This document shows, piece after piece, positions 1 through 11,590 of a DNA stretch of 64,000 nt. The position numbers and the translations under genes were made by a program. Location: NCBI RefSeq assembly GCF_001194135.2, contig NC_068987.1, positions 93,393,795 through 93,457,794 of the forward strand. The letters run 5' to 3'. Within the stretch, counting starts at the first letter, position 1; each line of letters starts with the position of its first letter. Below the pieces are notes generated by a model. The model was not told the DNA's origin and made no database searches. It worked only from the letters and a program-made list of their open reading frames with translations. Source of the DNA: Octopus bimaculoides. Taxonomy: Eukaryota.

Positions 1-487
1 TTCCATTTTTCCTGAGCGTCAAACTAAAACTCCTTCTTTGCTTTTCCNNNNNNNNNNNNNNNNNNNNNNNNNNNNNNNNNNNNNNNNNNNNNNNNNNNNN
101 NNNNNNNNNNNNNNNNNNNNNNNNNNNNNNNNNNNNNNNNNNNNNNNNNNNNNNNNNNNNNNNNNNNNNNNNNNNNNNNNNNNNNNNNNNNNNNNNNNNN
201 NNNNNNNNNNNNNNNNNNNNNNNNNNNNNNNNNNNNNNNNNNNNNNNNNNNNNNNNNNNNNNNNNNNNNNNNNNNNNNNNNNNNNNNNNNNNNNNNNNNN
301 NNNNNNNNNNNNNNNNNNNNNNNNNNNNNNNNNNNNNNNNNNNNNNNNNNNNNNNNNNNNNNNNNNNNNNNNNNNNNNNNNNNNNNNNNNNNNNNNNTAT
401 ATATATATACATATACACATATATACATATATATGTATGTATATATGTATGTATGTATAGATATATATGTATGTGTTTGTATATGTG

Positions 488-518
<31 letters not shown>

Positions 519-618
519 TTGTGTGTGTGGTGTATGTGAAAGAGAGAAGGAGAAAGATGCTAGATTTATATATATAGTCAAATCTCTCACTTTCGAAACA
601 GAGCGGGGCATCAAATAC

Positions 619-709
619 CTGCATTTGAGTTGTTCGTGCCATGTCCAATTCGTCTTTTGCAGCCCATCTTCTCTTTTTCCAGTTTCCAGTGAGAATATTG
701 GCTTCGTAT
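619..709 (-). CDS. Candidate internal exon of an unidentified secreted/membrane glycoprotein
   Basis: Minus-strand acceptor ttctctccaaattcgttttgcag| and donor CAG|gtattt; 91 nt, phase 1 to 2, (D)TKPIFSLETGKREDGLQKTNWTWHEQLKC; phase-compatible with the 810-977 exon across a 100-nt intron. No family recognised. Confidence 0.4.
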
Positions 710-809
710 CTGCAAAACGAATTTGGAGAGAATATTATATGTTGTAACGTTGAACATTTCTCTAAACTTTTAAGACGTTGTATAAATTCGTAAATAAAGT
801 AAAATAAAC

Positions 810-977
810 CTGTAGAAAATGTACATTGATCATCATTAGAGTGGTAGGTCATATGTTCCCTGTATCCAAAACGGATAATGTACATCATATTAGCATTGAA
901 ACTATGAGATGTAGCATTATTCTTTGTAAAGTTGGCATATATGATATTCTTGAGGAATATTTCTGGCAACAATGTAG
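810..977 (-). CDS. Candidate internal exon (same putative gene as 619-709)
   Basis: Acceptor tcgttcag|, donor ACAG|gtttat; 168 nt, symmetric phase 1-1, TLLPEIFLKNIIYANFTKNNATSHSFNANMMYIIRFGYREHMTYHSNDDQCTFST with NFT/NAT sequons. Confidence 0.4.
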
Positions 978-1275
978 CTGAACGATTTAACTTCTAAATT
1001 CAAAGTATTAATTGCCTTCCAACAGAGCCAAATCTCTTAAATATTCCAGCACCAGATATGAAGTTTCCGTTTCACTCCACCAGTAGTTCTCTTTTTCTTT
1101 GCCTTCATTATCTCATCAATATATGCACAACCATACTTGCGCACATTTCAGACATGCTTAATTAACCGCGTTTTTACTTTGCATTTAAAAGGAATACGCT
1201 TTGCATCTTCTAATAATTTGAATTAATTTAAATAAACTAGAAATTATGCACATTGATGTAAAATGCTCCTGTAAC

Positions 1276-1334
1276 CTGGCCTGATGGCAAAATATCTGCT
1301 TAACAACAGTTCTAAAGCATTAATTGTATTAGAA
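1276..1334 (-). CDS. Candidate small exon upstream of 810-977
   Basis: Strong acceptor atatttttttcag|, weaker donor CCAG|gttaca; SNTINALELLLSRYFAIRP, phase 2 to 1, compatible with the downstream exon. Confidence 0.25.
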
Positions 1335-1409
1335 CTGAAAAAAATATGACAGGGGTGTTAAACATTTATGATATTACGAAATGCCCAAATGCGTGCAGCC
1401 ATTGATACA

Positions 1410-1457
<48 letters not shown>

Positions 1458-1912
1458 CACATACACGTGTTTGTGTGTGTAAACCGTAAAATGTCAGGAA
1501 GCACGAGAGGTGAATATATTTAAACAATATCATCCATAGGATTAAGACCTTTTAGCAGCCTTCATCGTATGATAATAATTTCAGGGAATAATAGATTATG
1601 TTTACATGTCTGCGCTAATATGCATACTACCCATATTACAATACAATTGTATATGTATAAAATAAAATCACTGTAGATAAAGAAAACATTGGGGTAACAT
1701 TGATGTTCTGGTAATCTGATGAGCTACCTTTCTTTATCTCCACTGATCCAGTAAGCATACAAATGTATTGCATAATGCACAACATCCATTACATGATGAA
1801 CGATGCGACGCAGCCATGATCCAAAGGACGAGAAGTGGTTAAATAAATATGTTCGGCTCATATACCTCCTGAGGATACCTAAGGTTAAATAAATTTTATT
1901 CAACTGTTATAC

Positions 1913-2037
1913 CTCCTGGTTTATATAATTCACTTGAAATAATACCATTGATCGGTTCTCTTGAACTTCAGCGGTATAATACTCTTGCATTATACTCCTC
2001 CGTACCACACTACGATAAGGTCTAGAAGCCGAGTCCG
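1913..2037 (-). CDS. Candidate exon with a cadherin-like motif
   Basis: Polypyrimidine acceptor ttctctctctttccctctctag|, donor GAG|gtataa; DSASRPYRSVVRRSIMQEYYTAEVQENRSMVLFQVNYINQE. YTAEVQEN..VLFQV resembles the cadherin Y-x-A-x-V-x-E-N segment, and a dibasic RR precedes it. Phase does not cleanly join the next candidate exon. Confidence 0.25.
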
Positions 2038-3022
2038 CTAGAGAGGGAAAGAGAGAGAAGCGGATAGAAATAGAGAGTAATTTTTAAATGATTTTGAAAA
2101 GCAAATTTCACCTGCTCGACGAATAATTAGTGAATTGAATATAATTACACGTATTTGTTTATTTAACATTTTTTCGTATTACGAAATTCCCTTTTGACGT
2201 TATAATATGAAATCGCTGAATAGCCCGCAGGTAACCACCTGACAATCGGTTGCTGCTTACCATCTCATATGCGTAGAGTCCTTAGGTAGCTTTTCGTTAT
2301 CTTCTTTCTAGTATTGTTTATCACACAACACCTGGATACAAGGCGTCACAGTGACAAGATAAAGAGCGGAAACATACACTAGAAATTATTTCAAGCAACA
2401 TTTTGAAAATTTCTCCAATCAATGATGTTGTTTGAAACATCATTGACCGCGGAAGGATAATCGGCGAATTTGTCATCTCTAGCATTTGAAATTAGAACAT
2501 AAGTCGGCCAAATACCTCTGTACATTTTATACGCTGTTTAACGAACCTAACAATTTTCAATACCCGTTTTACGATCTTTAATGTTTTGTAAATCCAATTA
2601 GAGTGTCAGTTATGTACCGAGTTAATTTAATCACCTCCTGTCTCTGTTATGTAATGTTTGAGTAGAACCCAAAATTCCAGCAATTATCCCTAAAACCTAT
2701 AAATTTAAGGGGATTGACTGATGGAACTATGAAATAAAACCAATATTCACTCTTAATTCCTAAAGTGAAGCGTATTTTTCTGCAAAGCTACTGGAAAATC
2801 AAACAATGTTATGCACTTGGAACTTGTATACTTACACGAACTCTAACGATTACAAGAAGAAACAATAACATAATAATGAAATGAGATACACAAAAAAAAA
2901 AGAAACTATAGGGAGATAATTGAAAGCTTTTACTTGGCAATGTGAGAGAAAAGAATGATTATATTGATTTCTAAACAATGATGTTTGATTGGATGCTGTA
3001 TTCGTGTCTATAAATGTTTATA

Positions 3023-3350
3023 AGCGCAGGTGTGGCTGTATGGTAAGACGTCTGCTTCCCGACCATATGGTTCTCGGGTTCATCCCACTGTGTTTCGCTT
3101 GAGCAAGTGTCTTCTACTTTAGTCTCGGGTTGACCAAAAGACTTGTGAACTGATTTGGTAGACGGAAACTGAATGAAGCGCGTATTATATATATGTGTGT
3201 ATGTGTGGTGGTGTACGTGTGTATGTGGTGGACGTGTGTGTGTGGTGGATATGTCTAGGCTTCAAATAAATAAGACCTGGATTCGATTCGTCGACTAAAA
3301 TTCTTCAGGTCGGTGTCCCAGCATGGCCGCAGTCTTAATGACTGAAGTGA
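3023..3350 (+). mobile_element. tRNA-derived SINE (family A) with internal (TG/TA)n
   Basis: Head gcgcaggtgtggctgtatggtaag..ggttctcgggttcatcccactg (A/B-box-like), body cttgagcaagtgtcttctac, 3' part tcgactaaaa..cagcatggccgcagtc; related pieces at 5975-6125 and 24140-24198. Confidence 0.8.
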
Positions 3351-4699
3351 ATATAAATTTGGCCGGTGCACAGCTTCACCAGATTCCTTCCATTTCCAAG
3401 CTTACCATTCAAAATTACCATTAGAACATTTTTAAAATAATGATTTTCTAAAACCAATGTCAGAATATTGTTTATATTCTGGCAGGAATAATATAAAAAA
3501 TTAATGCGAGGTAATTGCTCAATTTTTCAAGAATGATTTAAATTATCAGAAAAATTAATAACACATCACTGATTTATGTGTTGCGTGTAACAAAAGACTT
3601 TCTTTAACTACAAAAGGTTAACATCTTGGTGGTTTATTACTAGTTCTTGAGACATTTCCACACATCAAAACACGCTAATTTAATAAATCGATTTAGATTT
3701 AGTTATTTTTGGCTTTCACTAACATTTGTATTTAACGGTCAACATATTCCTGCAACATGATTTCTTGGCCTTCTGCCATGATGTCATGAAATATTAATTT
3801 CTAGTATACGTAAAATGCCTGTTGAGTTAAGTCGAATATATATAACGATGTACATGAATGGTTCAATATCTCGTCGACTGCGAAAAGACGAGGGGCAAAA
3901 CTGACATTTCAGGATTTCATTTCATAATAATATTTATTCTTGTCTTTTAGGAAAATAAGGAGGGGGTGGTATTTCTTTACACAAACTATCTATTGCCATT
4001 AGTTTTCCAATAATAAAACCATATTTCGTGCACCGATGGAAACGGTACCAATATCGTACCAGACATCTTAAAAAGAAAATGTCGGGTATTCAGAGAATAG
4101 TGATGATTAAAATATTTACAGACGACTGTTGTTGACGTTCTTGATATTAAGACCGAAGACATATCTGAAGAAAGCATATATTGAGAGTTGAAGTTGACAG
4201 ATAGGAGCTACACGCACGTCACTACAACACTCCCCCCCCCGTACACACAAACACACGCACACACAAACACATCACATGCACATAATGCATGATAAGTATG
4301 GAGCAAAATGACTATCTGATCTGACGGAGGACTTATTCAATATACTCACCTGAAGAAACACACTTTTAGGCCTTTGATGGATAGTAGTTACAGCGCAATG
4401 TCAGTTACATCATCTCATCAATGTACTACGGGTCTGTGTGGAAACAACTGTAGTGAAGTGGAATAAGGAATCTCATTCCATCCATTTTCTCTTATTGACC
4501 TCTTTGTATAAACTCTATGACTGCTAATAGAATTCCAGATGACAGGAGTAATCTCACTCTATGACGACATTTAGTAACCAATAACTTTGGACAAGCTTTC
4601 TATAGCATACGACAAGGATTTTACCCAAGTTTTATTCAACGATATGTGTATGTGTGTATATTTATATGTATATAAATATACATGCGTGCTTATAGTTGA

Positions 4700-5161
4700 T
4701 ACTATTGTGGTCACATGATCGAAGTTTGAGCCTGAGCACGCCATTTTTCTTTCTGGCTTTACAGTGTAAGCATGGCCGCTCCACTAGCAATGTGCACCAA
4801 AGAAGAACAACGAGTAGAAGAACAAAGCAGCCTCATCGGAGGCTTTTATCACAATATGGAGACAGTTCACTACCGCATAGGCGTGTGTAAGAGTGGCCCA
4901 TAAAATTTAAAAGTGGCCAGATAAGCCTGACGCGCGAAGATGGAGCTGGATGCCCATCAAACTCCACCACTGACGAGGAGATTTAGCAGCCTCGAGAGAT
5001 GGTAATGGTGAATCGGGTCACCATTACCATTTCTATGATCACTGCTCTTTGGTTTTCTTTCATGCACGTTGCTAGCGGAACGGCCATGCTTACATTGTTA
5101 AGGCCAGAAAGAAAAAATGGCAGGATCAGGCTGAAACTTCGATCAAGTGACCACAATAGTA
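4700..5161. mobile_element. Mariner-derived fold-back (MITE-like) element made of two inverted 5' ends
   Basis: Ends tactattgtggtcacatgatcgaagttt.. and ..aaacttcgatcaagtgaccacaatagta are inverted repeats of about 110 bp. Both arms contain a transposase start (MAAPLAMCTKEEQR / MAVPLATCMKENQRAVI), and the left arm continues HRRLLSQYGDSSLPHRRV..EMVMVNRVTI. Confidence 0.8.
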
Positions 5162-5669
5162 CCAAGTATAAGCAAGCATGTGAAAAAGGTCGTGTGACGA
5201 TAATAAAGATATGTTATGACATACATACATGCATACATACCCCACCACATATATATAGTTGAAAATTCATTAGAGATCTATACAAATCATATTTTTATAT
5301 ATAAAATATGAAAATGGAAATAGCACAGAAGTCTAAGATATTTCAACTTAAGAGGGAATTTAATGATTTTTTTTTTTAATTATCAAATAACTATCAAATT
5401 TCCTCTTAAACTGAAATGTATTAGACTTACTTCTGTACTATTTCCACCTTAGTCTTTTATATGTAAAGAATCGATTTGTATAGCTCCCTAATTGTTTTAC
5501 AACTATATANNNNNNNNNNNNNNNNNNNNNNNNNNNNNNNNNNNNNNNNNNNNNNNNNNNNNNNNNNNNNNNNNNNNNNNNNNNNNNNNNNNNNNNNNNN
5601 NNNNNNNNNNNNNNNNNNNNNNNNNNNNNNNNNNNNNNNNNNNNNNNNNNNNNNNNNNNATATATATGT

Positions 5670-5800
5670 AGTAACCTCGTGGGCATTTTCCTCTTTCTCC
5701 GTTCTTCCATTCTCCGAACTTTCCATCTTTCCGACGAAGGGCTACGCCCGAAACGTCATACGCTCTCTCTTTCCTTTCCTGAGCGTCCAATAATACTATC
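5670..5800 (+). mobile_element. Penelope-like terminal repeat fragment with minimal hammerhead motif (family 1)
   Basis: ccgacga-a-gggc-tac-gccc-gaaac-gtc at 5731-5757, followed by cctttcctgagcgtc, which recurs at window positions 1-47; begins at a (TA)n/gap edge. Confidence 0.6.
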
Positions 5801-5974
5801 CATATCACGTCCTCACTTTGTTGTTTTTTTTTGTTTTTTTGTTATTGTTTTTTTTAACTGTATATATATATATTTATATATATATGAATCTTTGCGTGTT
5901 TCGTTGCGTTTGTACTGGTCCCCCACCACCACATCTATATCAATGTGGGGTTGCCTACGCTCCCCACTTCGTAA

Positions 5975-6125
5975 CTTAGCGTTTCGAGAAAAGAGGGCGA
6001 TAGAATAAAACAAGGGTTAAAAACAAATAAAAAGTCCAAAACCTGTTGGGATTCATTTGCTCGACTAAAACCTGCAAGGAAGTGCACCACCACGGACGCT
6101 GTTCAATAAATGAAGTCAGTAAAGT
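5975..6125 (+). mobile_element. SINE family A 3' fragment
   Basis: cttagcgtttcgagaaaagagggcgatagaataa..tgctcgactaaaac..gtgcaccaccacggacgctgttcaataaatgaag is similar to the 3' half of the 3023-3350 copy. Confidence 0.6.
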
Positions 6126-6194
6126 TTGAACGATGAAAGACATCCAAAGCATATAAACGTAAGCCTATGTGTGTGTGTGTATGTGAGTGCGCGC

Positions 6195-6249
<55 letters not shown>

Positions 6250-6856
6250 TGTGCTTGTGTGTGTGATTGTATAACGTTAAGTAAATTTCATTTGCAAAAA
6301 GATAGATAACACAAGAAAAAAAAAATGGGAATTTTCAGAGAAGAAAACGAAATAAAACAAGAATAAACATTATTGTTATAATTTAGATTTTTTTTTTTAA
6401 ATTTCAGGTTTAGAGTCCTCTCAACAACAACCCACTTCATATGGTGAAGCATTGTTTCATTTTAAATGAAGTGCAACACTAAGAATCTTGTGCCATATGG
6501 TAGATGATAGTTTAAAGTTGCCTTTCAGATCTCATTAAATTTTTTAAATGACATAGCTAGATTCTGTAATGAAAAGCAGGATTTGGCCGACGTATTTGGC
6601 GAATTGACAATTTTACTTGACTGGAATGGCGTCAAATCAATTTGAATGACACCATCAACTCGATGATTCTATGTTATATTTGGTTATTTGCCCTCTTTAC
6701 ACAAGACTGTACTTGATACCTGATGCGAAATTACGTCTAAATATTCTACACACATACACGTGTGTATACATGTGAACGTGCATACATGTGTGTGCATGTA
6801 AAATACACACACACACACGTACATATATATATGTATATACCTATATTTATATATGC

Positions 6857-6899
<43 letters not shown>

Positions 6900-8760
6900 N
6901 NNNNNNNNNNNNNNNNNNNNNNNNNNNNNNNNNNNNNNNNNNNNNNNNNNNNNNNNNNNNNNNNNNNNNNNNNNNNNNNNNNNNNNNNNNNNATAAATAC
7001 AAAAAAGGGTTTTTTTTGTATGATTGTGTATAGAGGAATATATTATTTTGTTTAAAAAAGTTCCAACACTGTCTGTTTTTTATGTTTTATTTATATTCCT
7101 GCAGAACCAATGTGGGATGTAGAATATGGAATATACAATATATAATATAATATACAATATATAATATAAAATAAAATAAAAATGGATGGCACCATTAAAT
7201 AAAGTATTGAATGTAGATGAAATATTGAGTGTTCCATATAAAGGATCAAACATATAAATATATAAAGGCGACTCGAGTTCCAGGGTTATTTCCCTTCGTC
7301 ATGGCCGGTGTGATATGCGTGCACGCACACGCACACACACACACACATTGTTAATATAGTGTTATTTACACTGCGTGCGTGAGAAAACGCTTTTCTATTG
7401 CCGTCTCCTTATTGTTTTCTCTCATGTTTTCCCTTTCGCTCATTGCCTCGTACAGACTTCTTTCTCATTTCTTTTATCACATTTGAATGAAGATCAATTT
7501 TCCAAGGAAAGTGCTGTACGTGTGAGTCAGTAACAATATGTGTGTCTCTATGTTTATACATACGTGTGCTTGGGTGTATGTATGTGTACATGTGTTGTTT
7601 TTTTTGTTTTTGGTAATGTTAGCAGTGATACAGGTATTGCACATATTATAACCGACTGTGTGCTCAAAATAGTAAATGCATCGATCATCGACGCACTGAG
7701 GTGGTTCGTGTGCTTGGTCGCTCTTATGTGATAGCAGTCCATTGCAGTTGATCCCGTCAACCCTCTTAGATTATCGGTAAACTGGGACGTAGATACGCAG
7801 AGGTTTATATCCACCAATCGTAACCTTTCACTAACGTGCACTCGATTCGTCAAGTTTATCGTCTCTATCTCGGCAAGGTGGAGCAGAGGTGGTGAACCAT
7901 TGCATCACCTTCGTCATATATTACTGTTTGACGGGATCACCTGCTCTTCCGTTTTCTGTGGTACGGACGCGTTCGACTGTACCAACGTGTAGAGAAAACT
8001 TATGTGAGTGACTTTAGAAGATACATGGAGAAGAGGTCGTAGTGATTATTTTGTAATTTGGAAAAAAATCTGAAGATACTTCGAAAGAATTCAGCGTCTT
8101 TGTGAACCATCTCTGAAATTCATAAAGGAGATAACGGACATAAAAATTATAGTAATAAAATATTATGCCAGCATCACAACAAATATTTATATTACAAAAT
8201 CACAGAAACACTTGAGTATCTTAACTTTAGATCATGCCACCCCAAGAGCACACAAACTTTAATGTCCCGTGTGGTCTGGCCAGGAAAGTTTGTATTACTG
8301 TTGATGATTTAGACACCAGTAATAAATGAATGTCAAAATTCAAGAGATGTTTACCTCGAAAAATAAAGATGTACCCCTACCAACAGAACTGTGTCGTTAG
8401 TGGTGTTTATGCAGTGGTTGTGATCTTCGCTGTGTTGGCCCAGGTCAGCACTTTACTAGCAGTTCGATACTACCTTGATAAACAGTCGACTGATGCTGTA
8501 CGCTTCAAAGAAACACTTCCGCATTTAGCAGTTAACAACTCTTAATCCGTTCCCCTTCTCAAGTCTTCTCTCGCTGTTTCACTTGCCATTGACGTTTCAC
8601 TTCTTACCATCTTCCTCTCTGCTCATCTTGTTGCTGCTATTTCCACCATTGTTGGTGTTGATGTTGCAACCGTCATCGCCGTTGCCAACGTCGTCGTCGC
8701 TTTATTATTTTTCTTCTTCTTCTTTCTTCTACTTGTCAACTCCATTATTAAAACAATAAA

Positions 8761-8837
8761 AACTACTACTACTACTACCACCACCAACAGCAACACCAAC
8801 ACCAACACCACCACCACTACTACTACTACTACTACTG

Positions 8838-8886
<49 letters not shown>

Positions 8887-9023
8887 CACTACTACTACTA
8901 CTACTACTACCCCACCACCACCACCAACACCACCACCACTACTACTACCCCACCACCACCACCACCACCACCACCATCATCGTTATCTTCATCATCGTCG
9001 TCATCATCATCATCATCATCAAC

Positions 9024-9070
<47 letters not shown>

Positions 9071-9116
9071 TGTCATCATTATCGTTGTTATCGTCCTCCT
9101 TGTCGTCATCGTCGTT

Positions 9117-9158
<42 letters not shown>

Positions 9159-9250
9159 GTCGTCGTCATCGTCTTCCTCATTCAAATCAGTAACATTATC
9201 ATTGTCATTACTCTCACATCTTTATCAGTCTGCTGGTGCTGCTGCTGCTG

Positions 9251-9343
<93 letters not shown>

Positions 9344-9345
9344 AT
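8761..9345. repeat. Compound trinucleotide microsatellite (ACT/ACC/ATC/GTC/GCT)n
   Basis: Directly visible; explains the poly-V/D/M/S/T/L ORFs in the track. Confidence 0.95.
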
Positions 9346-10018
9346 TTTCCCCTCCTCTTCGCTATATTTCACTATGTTATTATTTTCCCTGCCACACCAT
9401 ATTTCCCTCTCTATCAATATAGCACATCACATTTTCTACTCGATTTTTCCTTATTTTCGCTATTTTCATTCTTGCCATCGCCTTCTATTTCAAGCTCCAA
9501 CTAATCTAATCCAGCCTTCTGACATAAAAAAAAACAAAACAAAAACAAACATAAAAACATCCTTGTTTACTCCCAAGTCAGTCTATCAATAAAGGTTTCA
9601 CATACTGAAAGACGTCTCTCAAACAAACATCATCTCTTTGATGATATATTTCAATGTGCAAAATATTTTTAATTTCATATGTTGCGCTGTTTTTTTTTTT
9701 TATTTTCCGTGTGTGTGTATGTTTGTGCGCGCGCGCATGTGTGTGTAGATGTGTGTGTGTGTGTGTGTATGTGTGCGTACTGTTTCTTATTGTGATTTTT
9801 TTCTCATTCGATCTCACTTTCTTTTATCCTTTGACCTGAAGCGTATCCGTTGTGAAATATATCTACATATTTATCACACCATCTTTTTGCTTACTTCCAT
9901 ATTAACATTATATGTGTGTGTGTGTATGTGTCTGTGTGTGTGTGTATGTTTATACATATACGCACACATGAATACATTCCCACACACACCTAGTTATATA
10001 CACAAATATATAAATACC

Positions 10019-10319
10019 TGGCACTCCGTCGGTTACCACGCCGAGTGTTCCAGTTGATCAAACTATCATGCAAGCGGCTCAACACTCCACACACACGCGT
10101 AACCTTATCGTAATTCCCATGGAAATTCAGTGTGACACAGAATTAGACAAGGCTGGTCTTTTGGAAAAAAGGTACTATTCACTTTTATGAGTTGTGTGGA
10201 CTGGAGCAACGAGGAATAAGTTGTCTTGCTCAAGAGACACAATGCACCGCTACGAATCGAGCTCACATTTCTACGATCGTGAGCTAAAAACCTCTAACCA
10301 CTAAATCACGTTCCTTCAC
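10019..10319 (-). mobile_element. tRNA-derived SINE (family B), near full length
   Basis: Minus strand reads gtgaaggaacgtgatttagtggttag..gagctcgattcg (A/B boxes), then cttgagcaagacaac..gttgctccagtccac and a tail ending ..gtaaccgacggagtgcca. Confidence 0.8.
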
Positions 10320-11010
10320 GCATATACGTATATGAGTATGTGTGTGAGTGTGTATGATATATCTATATATATATATATCTATCTATATATANNNNNNNNN
10401 NNNNNNNNNNNNNNNNNNNNNNNNNNNNNNNNNNNNNNNNNNNNNNNNNNNNNNNNNNNNNNNNNNNNNNNNNNNNNNNNNNNNNNNNNNNNNNNNNNNN
10501 NNNNNNNNNNNNNNNNNNNNNNNNNNNNNNNNNNNNNNNNNNNNNNNNNNNNNNNNNNNNNNNNNNNNNNNNNNNNNNNNNNNNNNNNNNNNNNNNNNNN
10601 NNNNNNNNNNNNNNNNNNNNNNNNNNNNNNNNNNNNNNNNNNNNNNNNNNNNNNNNNNNNNNNNNNNNNNNNNNNNNNNNNNNNNNNNNNNNNNNNNNNN
10701 NNNNNNNNNNNNNNNNNNNNNNNNNNNNNNNNNNNNNNNNNNNNNNNNNNNNNNNNNNNNNNNNNNNNNNNNNNNNNNNNNNNNNNNNNNNNNNNNNNNN
10801 NNNNNNNNNNNNNNNNNNNNNNNNNNNNNNNNNNNNNNNNNNNNNNNNNNNNNNNNNNNNNNNNNNNNNNNNNNNNNNNNNNNNNNNNNNNNNNNNNNNN
10901 NNNNNNNNNNNNNNNNNNNNNNNNNNNNNNNNNNNNNNNNNNNNNNNNNNNNNNNNNNNNNNNNNNNNNNNNNNNNNNNNNNNNNNNNNNNNNNNNNNNN
11001 NNNNNNNNNN

Positions 11011-11047
<37 letters not shown>

Positions 11048-11218
11048 GCATATACACACACACACGCACGCACACACACACACACACAGAGGGTGCGATG
11101 GGTATGCTGTCGTCATTATATATTTTTAATTTTTCCCGCATGCGCATTGTTGGTTTTTAATTTTGTCGACTACACAGTATAATAGGGTCAGCTGAGCATC
11201 TGTGAGAAAAACAACACT

Positions 11219-11590
11219 ATGAGGCCATTCACTGTGCCAGAAATTTTGAAATGCTATTCCGTACTGCTTGGCATTCGCACCAGATGCTCCAATACGAACA
11301 TTTCAGAGTCTTTAGGTGTCAATCTGAAGACATTGCAGAGGATTCAGAAAGAGCTAGATGAGTCTAATGGTGATTACGAAGGTAAGGTACGGCAGCTCTC
11401 AAAACTCTCTTCGATCATTCTGATGAGAAAATAATTCCTGAATTTGTTGAAGAGATCCAGGCCATGATTAACAGCGATTCCTCCAAGTCAATCAGGTCCA
11501 TCGCCGGGAACATAGGAGTATCTGAGTTTCTTATGAGGCTATGGTTGAAGAGACATTTGGTATTCCTCATACAAGATGAGAAAGGGCTAA
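11219..11590 (+). mobile_element. Tc1/mariner transposase N-terminal remnant (pseudogene)
   Basis: MRPFTVPEILKCYSVLLGIRTRCSNTNISESLGVNLKTLQRIQKELDESNGDYEG then, after a frameshift, PEFVEEIQAMINSDSSKSIRSIAGNIGVSEFL..SYKMRKG: paired-HTH DNA-binding region; truncated by the next repeat. Confidence 0.8.

Noticed and set aside
8387-8443. 57-nt AG/GT-bounded segment encoding NCVVSGVYAVVVIFAVLAQ (also similar isolated candidates at 51254-51324 and 59130-59227)
   Set aside because: Isolated short candidates with moderate splice sites and no linkage to other exons; not distinguishable from chance.
8623-9592. Homopolymer ORFs (poly-V, D, M, S, T, L; likewise poly-Q/C/I at 16.5-17.9k)
   Set aside because: Translations of trinucleotide microsatellites with no domain or splice support.
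10332-11160. Long ORFs spanning N-runs (also at 19-972 in part, 14.8k, 23.1k, 35k, 49.7k, 60.5k)
   Set aside because: Open only because X codons contain no stops; flanks are (TA)n/(CA)n translations.
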